Positions 9,806 through 15,102 of a stretch of DNA of 15,102 bases are shown piece after piece. The position numbers and the translations under genes are program-made. This DNA comes from an uncultured bacterium (GTDB lineage: Bacteria; Verrucomicrobiota; Verrucomicrobiia; Limisphaerales; UBA8199), in assembly GCA_963749495.1 (NCBI GenBank), contig CAVVMW010000017.1:1-15102 (forward strand), given 5' to 3'. How positions within the stretch are numbered: the first letter of the stretch is position 1; each line of letters begins with the position of its first letter. The notes beneath the pieces are model-generated. The model worked only from the letters and a program-made list of their open reading frames with translations, was not told the origin of the DNA and made no database searches.

Positions 9806-10027
9806 TCAGCCGACTGCCAAAGCGCGGGGACGAGCGCGCGGCGGCGGGGCGTGCGGGCGCACCAAATATAGTTCGCTTCGGTTCAAAAGCTCCCACTCGA
9901 CCTGCTCTCCCGGCTCCAGCCCAATGGCGGCGGCCAGGGGGATCGGAAAATACACATAGAGCTTGGGGGTCTGCCCCTTGGAACGGATTGCCTGCACTTT
10001 GAGTGAATATTTTACTTGCTTTTTCAT
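9806..10027 (-). CDS. Small AbrB/MazE/SpoVT-like (swapped-hairpin) DNA-binding protein, 73 aa, inside IS-B
   Basis: KVQAIRSKGQTPKLYVYFPIPLAAAIGLEPGEQVEWELLNRSELYLVR fits the AbrB-fold pattern (beta-hairpin, xP-helix, lGl-x-pGd/e-x-v, strand). ATG start and basic Pro-rich tail. Confidence 0.7.
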   Translation of the reverse strand: MKKQVKYSLKVQAIRSKGQTPKLYVYFPIPLAAAIGLEPGEQVEWELLNRSELYLVRPHAPPPRARPRALAVG

Positions 10028-10067
10028 ATCTAGCCTATAGACTAACTACATGTGCGTTGCCAATCAA
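10016..10067. promoter_or_regulatory. Putative overlapping divergent sigma70-type promoters with a central palindrome
   Basis: Plus strand: TTGCTT(10016-10021)-N16-TAGACT(10038-10043), 6 nt before the transposase ATG. Minus strand: TTGATT(10067-10062)-N17-TAGTCT(10044-10039), 11 nt before the small-gene ATG. Palindrome TAGCCTATAGACTA at 10031-10044 (6 of 7 pairs). Confidence 0.45.
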
Positions 10068-11498
10068 GCAATTCTCTTTGATGACTTGGGTCCTCGCCGT
10101 GTGCAAGCCGATTTCTCCGGCGGCGCCCTCTCCAGTGATGCCGGCGCGCTGCTGCTGCGCCAGGTCAACACTAACCTCGGGGTGACGGCGGAACTGGCGC
10201 AATGTTTTTACGACCTGCGTGACCCCGACTGGGTAAACCATTCGGTGCAGGAACTCCTGCGCCAGCGCATCTTCGGAACGGCCCTGGGCTACGAAGACAT
10301 TGAGGATCACCAGCGCCTGCGCTTGGACCCGCTGCTGGCTGCCGCCTGCGGCAAGACCGATCCGCTGGGACAAGACAGGGTGCTGCCGCAGCACCGGGGC
10401 ATCGCGCTGGCGGCGCCCTCCACACTCAACCGGCTGGAATTATCCAATAACAAAGACACGCGCTGCCACAAACTGCCGCACGCCCCAGCCAAGGTGGAAG
10501 CCTGCCTGCTGAAAATGGGGGTGCGCTGTCTGCCCAAACGCGCCAAGGAGATCGTGGTGGATTTGGACGCAATGGGCCATCGGTTGCACGGATTTCAGGA
10601 GGGGCGGCACTTCAACGCCTACTATGACGACTATTGTTATCTGCCGCTCTATGCCTTTGTCGGGGACTTCCCGCTATGGGCGCAACTGCGCACCGCCGAG
10701 CACGAGGCAGCCCACGGAGCGGTGCCCGCGCTGGAGAAGATAGTGGCCGCGATTCGCAAGCGTTGCCCCAAGGCGCGGATTATTGTGCGCGGGGACAGCG
10801 GTTTTGGCCGGCAGGAGATTATGGCTTGGTGCGAGAGCCAGCGGGGGATTTACTATTGCCTGGGCTTGGCCAAGAACTCGGTGTTAATTGAGAAGCTGGG
10901 GCAGGCCCTGGCTCAAGCCCGGGCCCGTCACTGTCTGACCGGTGCGGCCAGCGTGCGCCAGTTCGCTGAGTTTCAATACCGGACGCTCGACAGTTGGAGT
11001 CGGGAGCGCCGGGTGATCGGCAAAGCCGAAGTGATGAACGCAGGGGAAAACCCACGGTTTGTGGTGACCAATCTGCCTGCCGAAGGCTTCAAGAACGATG
11101 AGGATGAGGATGAGCAACAGAGCCGCTTCAGTCCGGCCCGGCTTTATGAGGAACTGTACTGCGCCCGGGGCGATATGGAAAACCTGCTCAAGCAGCAAGT
11201 GCTGGATTTACACGCCGACCGGATGAGCACGCATTATATGGCCAGCAATCAGTTTCGATTGTGGGAGGCCATGTTTGCTTACCTGTTGATGGAGCGCTTG
11301 CGCACGCAGGGCTTGGCGGGAACGGAGTTGGAGCGGGCGACGGCTGGGAGCCTGCGTGTGAAGCTGCTGAAAATCGCGGCCCAGGTGCGCGTGAGCGTGC
11401 GCCGGGTCTATGTGCAGATGTGCAGCGCCTATCCCTTGCAAGCGCTGTTTCGGCGGTGCCACCGGCGGCTGATGGCGTTGGCGCCGGCCCCGGGCTAA
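10050..11498 (+). CDS. IS1380-family transposase (482 aa)
   Basis: Family motifs ADFSGGALSSDAGALLL, GYED..DH..LR.DP, VDLDA...HGFQEG..FN.YY...CYLPL, RGDSGF, Y..RG..EN..K and NQFRL. Confidence 0.95.
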   Translation: MCVANQAILFDDLGPRRVQADFSGGALSSDAGALLLRQVNTNLGVTAELAQCFYDLRDPDWVNHSVQELLRQRIFGTALGYEDIEDHQRLRLDPLLAAACGKTDPLGQDRVLPQHRGIALAAPSTLNRLELSNNKDTRCHKLPHAPAKVEACLLKMGVRCLPKRAKEIVVDLDAMGHRLHGFQEGRHFNAYYDDYCYLPLYAFVGDFPLWAQLRTAEHEAAHGAVPALEKIVAAIRKRCPKARIIVRGDSGFGRQEIMAWCESQRGIYYCLGLAKNSVLIEKLGQALAQARARHCLTGAASVRQFAEFQYRTLDSWSRERRVIGKAEVMNAGENPRFVVTNLPAEGFKNDEDEDEQQSRFSPARLYEELYCARGDMENLLKQQVLDLHADRMSTHYMASNQFRLWEAMFAYLLMERLRTQGLAGTELERATAGSLRVKLLKIAAQVRVSVRRVYVQMCSAYPLQALFRRCHRRLMALAPAPG

Positions 11499-11674
11499 GT
11501 GCAGAAAAATGGGGTCAATGTTTCAAGAGTCACGGGAGGGGTGTTTTCAGCGGCAGCCTTTTTGTTTGACTAAAGACTCCGTTGCGCCCTGATCAGTGCC
11601 CAGACGGAAAAAACTGCGCCGCCCAGCCCGATTTGTCTCCAAAAAATCCTCCGAAACGCGAAAAGCCGGGTGGG

Positions 11675-11690
11675 CTATGAAATATGCGGG
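11675..11690 (-). repeat. IS-B right terminal inverted repeat
   Basis: Exact reverse complement of 9688-9703. Confidence 0.95.
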
Positions 11691-11694
11691 CTAG

Positions 11695-12836
11695 GGATGC
11701 CCGCCCCGATGGACATAGCCGTCAGCGGCATGGACCTGAACGCCGCGCACGCAACCGCGAGCCAAATCGCGCAGAACGTCCGCCGCCTCCCTGGCGTGAG
11801 TGACGTGCTGGTGCCGCAAGACATGGATTACCCGGCCTTGAAGCTGGACATTGATCGCGTGCGGGCGGATCAATTGGGCTTGAGCGCCAAAGAGGCGGTG
11901 AGCAGTATCATCACGGCACTCACTTCAGATGCGATGATCGCCCCCAGCTATTGGGTGGATCCCAAAACCGGCAACGATTACTTTCTCACCGTGCAATACC
12001 CCGAGGACTACGTGACGAATCTGCTGGATCTCGGTTCGCTGCCGCTGCGGGCGGCGCACTTGCTCAAGACGACCCGGCTGGATAGCCTCAGCGAGGTCTC
12101 GCGCTCCAAGGCGCCGACCGAAGTGGATCATTACCAATTGCGGCGGGTCGTGGATGTTTACGTGGCGCCGAACGGCGAGGACCTCCAGGGAGTCTATGAC
12201 GGCGTGCAGAAGGTGATTGACCAGACGCCCCTGCCCGAAGGGGTGCGGGTGAAGGTGCGAGGCTCGGTGCAAGCCATGCGCACCTCGTTCAAGAGTTTCG
12301 GGCTCGGGCTGATTCTGGCCACGCTGTTGGTCTATCTCATCCTGGCCGCACAGTTCGAGTCGTTCCTGGACCCACTGCTGATCCTGCTGGCGGTGCCGAC
12401 CGGGTTGACCGGCGTTTTGCTGATGCTCTGCCTCACCGGCACCACCGTGAACGTCATGTCGTTGATGGGGGTGGTAATGATGGTGGGCATCGTGGTGTCC
12501 AACAGCATCCTCATCGTCGAATTTACGCGCCGCCTCCGAAGAGAGGGAAAGCCGTTGCGTGAAGCCGTCTCACTGGCGTGCCGGGTGCGCCTGCGTCCGG
12601 TCTTGATGACATCGCTGGCGACGCTCATAGGGTTGCTGCCTCTGGCGGCCAAGCTGGGCACCGGCAGCGAGGCCTATGCTCCTTTGGCGCGCGCCATCAT
12701 CGGAGGTTTGGCGGCCTCGGTGGTGCTGACCGTGTTCATCGTCCCCGCCGCGTATTATGCCATTTATCGTCAACGCCAGCCCAGCCCGCCGGAAGGGGGA
12801 GCCCAAGCCGCCAGCGAACCTCATGGAGCGACTTGA
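11695..12836 (+). pseudogene. RND permease copy 2, C-terminal fragment
   Basis: GMPAPMDIAVSG...GIVVSNSILIVEF...RLRPVLMTSLATLIGLLP, stop at 12834-12836. The three fragments total 996+1045+1142 = 3183 bp = 1060 aa plus stop, in frame. Confidence 0.93.
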
Positions 12837-12910
12837 GAGGCAAACCTGCACAGTTAACGCTTACCATGGTAGTCCGTGTGAACTAATCCCATCGATCTGG
12901 TCATTTAACC

Positions 12911-14571
12911 TCAGCGATGGCCACCGCCACCGCCGCCGTTGCCGCCACCACTGAAGCCACCTCCATGGGATCCACCTCCGAAGGAACCGCCGCCGCCGTG
13001 AAATCCACCGCTGAAACCGCCTGTGTGAGAGCCACCCCCAAATGAGCCTCCGCGGTACTCACCAAAAGACCCGAACGATCCACCGCCGCCAAAACCCCCG
13101 GAAAATGAACCGCCACTGTAATAGCGAGGGACCGAGGCCATCGGCACGCTATCGGGCCGGCTTCCCCGGAAAACGGTGCCTGGCGATACCCGCCGAAAGA
13201 GCTTCCACTTGGCAGCGCCCAAGCCGTGCCTCGACTCGTTTCTGCGCTGTTTTGGCGCTCGGCCGAGGTCCTGAGACGAGCAGACCCCCCGCGGTTTTCA
13301 AAGGCGCTGGCCTGAGCGGACTGGACATTCCGACTGGTGGCGGAGGTCGAACCTGGCTGGCGGGCTCCACTCCACCATGGCGCGCCTGTGCTCGCCGTTG
13401 TCAGAGCTGCCCGGCCTTGGGAAGCCTGGTGAGCCGACTGCATCATCGAAAGGTTCGGCCGAGCTGGCGTCCCAAAGAAGGTGTTCCCACGATGAGGATC
13501 ATGGTGCCAGACTACCGGGTTACCTGCATGGCCCCCAGCTCCCGTGCGGCCCCCATCACCGCCGTGCTCGAAGCGGCCGCCATGACCGAAATCCCTGTCG
13601 TGGTGGAAATGGTGAAAATCGTCAAAACCACCAAACAAGCACACCGTCCCGAACGGAACGAAGCCGCATCCACCCCAGAAGCCACAGGGCTGCCACCAGC
13701 ACCAGGGCGTGGGCGCAAGCCAGCCTGGACCCCAATCATAACAGGTCCTCGGGCGCCCAGTCATAGTCCGGACCCGCATAATTCCGGATAGTAATCGGGC
13801 GCAGGCGCAGGCGCTGCGTAGCCCAATGGCGCAACCAGGTCGCTCTCCGACGCGGCTTGAGGCGCCAGCGGAGCCACGGGCGCAGTCGGGACCAGCGGCG
13901 CATCCGGGAATCTGGAGCGCGGGCGCATATTGCCCTGGCGCAACCGGGGGTGGTGCGGCTTGGCCAGGCGCAGACTGGGCTGGCTGCTGTTCCGGTTTGG
14001 TTTGGGCCTGGTATGCCTTGCAGGCGGTCTCGTAAGCGCCGGTGAAAGCGATTTGTTTGGCCAATAGAGCCGAACTTTGGCCAGGCCGTGCTTGGCATGT
14101 TCGGAGAGTGCCGTCTTGTCGGCCTTGAGGTCGTACCAGGGCGACCAACTCACCGGCCGTGTGCGCGACGAACTGGTTCTCGGGAGCAAACTGGCCCGCC
14201 AGATTGATGGCGGAGACCGCCTCTGGCATCTGCCCCCGGCGGGCAGCCACGTAGGCGACTACACCCCAGGCTAAGCCGTTGCTGAACTGCAGGGACGTGA
14301 GCATTCGGGCCTGATGATACGCCATTTCCTGGAGGCCCAGATCAACCATCCGGGCAACGTAGGCCTCATAGAGCTTAGCGTCGTAGCGGTCGAGGGCGAT
14401 GCCGTTGGCGTAGGCGCTTACGACGGCTGAGGGATCGGGAGCCTGTTGAATGGCCTGGATGGCAGCGGCGTGTGCGGGAGCGGGCGTTGATGCCGGCCAC
14501 GCCGCTCCGGCCGTCGCCAGCACACAACAGGGAATCAACCAAAGACTCGGGGCTTTCGGCAAGGTTTTCAT
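12911..14571 (-). pseudogene. Secreted hypothetical protein (~550 aa when corrected): signal peptide, TPR-like helical domain, Pro/Ala linker, Trp/Cys/Tyr-rich and His-rich segments, Gly/Phe/Ser-rich tail; about 6 apparent frameshifts
   Basis: ATG 14571 with AAGGG 8 nt upstream and a hydrophobic signal ending AGA/AWP. Coherent protein text switches frame at ~14140, ~14070, ~13906, ~13782, ~13745 and ~13165, ending ...GGGNGGGGGGHR* at 12911. Confidence 0.7.
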
Positions 14572-14621
14572 GATTCTGGCCCTTTCACAGGAATCGTCGC
14601 CAGTGGGGCGAGCAGATGAGG

Positions 14622-14654
14622 GTGATTATCCGGCGTCATTGTATTCATAATCAC
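14622..14654. promoter_or_regulatory. AT-rich inverted repeat GTGATTAT-N17-ATAATCAC upstream of the Gly-rich gene
   Basis: Perfect 8-bp arms at 14622-14629 and 14647-14654, ~50 bp upstream of the ATG at 14571. Confidence 0.35.
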
Positions 14655-14869
14655 TGCACCCGGAACACAGTCTAATTGTCCCGTCTCTCATGTTTAGCTT
14701 TGGGTATGCCAAGCGCGAAAAAAAACAGTTTCACTCGTTTTTCAGGGTTTCCTGATCGTTTGAAACAAGAAGGGGCTTCCGCTCGTGGCACATCCGGTTC
14801 CACCAATGGTCTAAAGCGAACCACTTGCCGGTTTCTTCCGTCCCTGGCGATCCGCCTGGCGGCCGTGGC

Positions 14870-15102
14870 TCAGCGCAGGTTCAGATGGCCGAAGAGCCAC
14901 ACTTTGAGCCAGTCAAGGCCGGCGAAATAGACGATCCCTGCGCCCGCTACGCCCAAGAGAAATGCCGCGCTGAGCGCGGGCATGAGGATGCCGCCCAGCA
15001 CGAGGGCGGTGGTGACACCCAGGCCCAAAACCGAACTGCCCACGAGGAAACGGCTGGGCTGCGACTGCCAAAAGTGCCCTCGTTCTCGCAGGAGATAAAC
15101 CC
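14870..15102 (-). CDS. C-terminal end (partial) of a P-type ATPase, most like the plasma-membrane proton-efflux type IIIA
   Basis: Hand translation of 15100->14870, absent from the ORF track: VYLLRERGHFWQSQPSRFLVGSSVLGLGVTTALVLGGILMPALSAAFLLGVAGAGIVYFAGLDWLKVWLFGHLNLR*. The R-E-R-x-x-FW-x-S-x-PS ... GILM-x-x-L ... D-x-x-K pattern is typical of the last TM helices of type IIIA P-ATPases. Confidence 0.75.
   Translation of the reverse strand, partial: VYLLRERGHFWQSQPSRFLVGSSVLGLGVTTALVLGGILMPALSAAFLLGVAGAGIVYFAGLDWLKVWLFGHLNLR

Larger units (their letters stand above)
9688..11690 (+). mobile_element. IS1380-family insertion sequence IS-B (2003 bp) with a divergent passenger/regulator gene
   Basis: Perfect 16-bp IRs CCCGCATATTTCATAG / CTATGAAATATGCGGG, with CTAG duplicated at 9684-9687 and 11691-11694. 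Excision restores ILDLGMPAP (copy 1: ILNQGMPAP). Confidence 0.95.

Noticed and set aside
9733..10002. ORF 9733-10002 (+) as the toxin partner of the AbrB/MazE-like gene
   Set aside because: It is mostly antisense to that gene and shows no PIN, MazF or other toxin-like features.
11097..11114. (GATGAG)x3 microsatellite in the IS1380 transposase
   Set aside because: In-frame DEDEDE acidic loop; too short to imply phase variation.
6183..11690. Composite transposon formed by IS-A and IS-B carrying the middle RND fragment
   Set aside because: The two elements have different IRs and transposases and each has its own target duplication, so they are independent insertions.
12837..12910. Bidirectional terminator between the convergent genes (palindrome TACCATGGTA at 12862-12871)
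   Set aside because: No GC-rich stem with a U-tract; a 10-bp palindrome alone is weak evidence.
12901..13160. Ala/Val-rich C-terminus of the 556-aa ORF ending at 12901
   Set aside because: It is the off-frame reading of Gly codons; the Gly-rich frame ending at 12911 is the coherent C-terminus.
14676..14930. ORF 14676-14930 (+), 84 aa
   Set aside because: Overlaps the antisense P-ATPase end and the AT-rich promoter region; no coding signal.
1..15102. CRISPR array, tRNA or rRNA genes
   Set aside because: No regularly spaced repeat-spacer units or recognisable structural RNA seen. The repeats present are explained by IS ends, RND paralogy or Gly codons.

Overview
GC-rich bacterial window (PVC/Acidobacteria-like style; taxonomy is inference only). 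It holds an efflux locus with two paralogous AcrB/CusA-type RND permeases. Copy 1 (114-3302, four single-base indels) is followed by a TolC-family outer-membrane factor (3286-4583, one indel) and a small orphan ORF. Copy 2 (5187-12836) is split into three pieces by two complete insertion sequences, and removing both with one target duplication each restores a 1060-codon frame. IS-A (6183-8639) has perfect 20-bp IRs, an unusually large HTH-HTH-DDE transposase (~760 aa) and a motif repeated near both ends and inside the coding sequence. IS-B (9688-11690) is IS1380-family, has 16-bp IRs and a CTAG duplication, and carries a divergent AbrB/MazE-like gene that shares a 22-bp palindromic intergenic region with the transposase. 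On the minus strand follow a multiply frameshifted secreted protein with a Gly-rich tail (12911-14571) and the 3' end of a type IIIA-like proton-exporting P-type ATPase (14870-15102). The two IS architectures are the most novel-looking elements.
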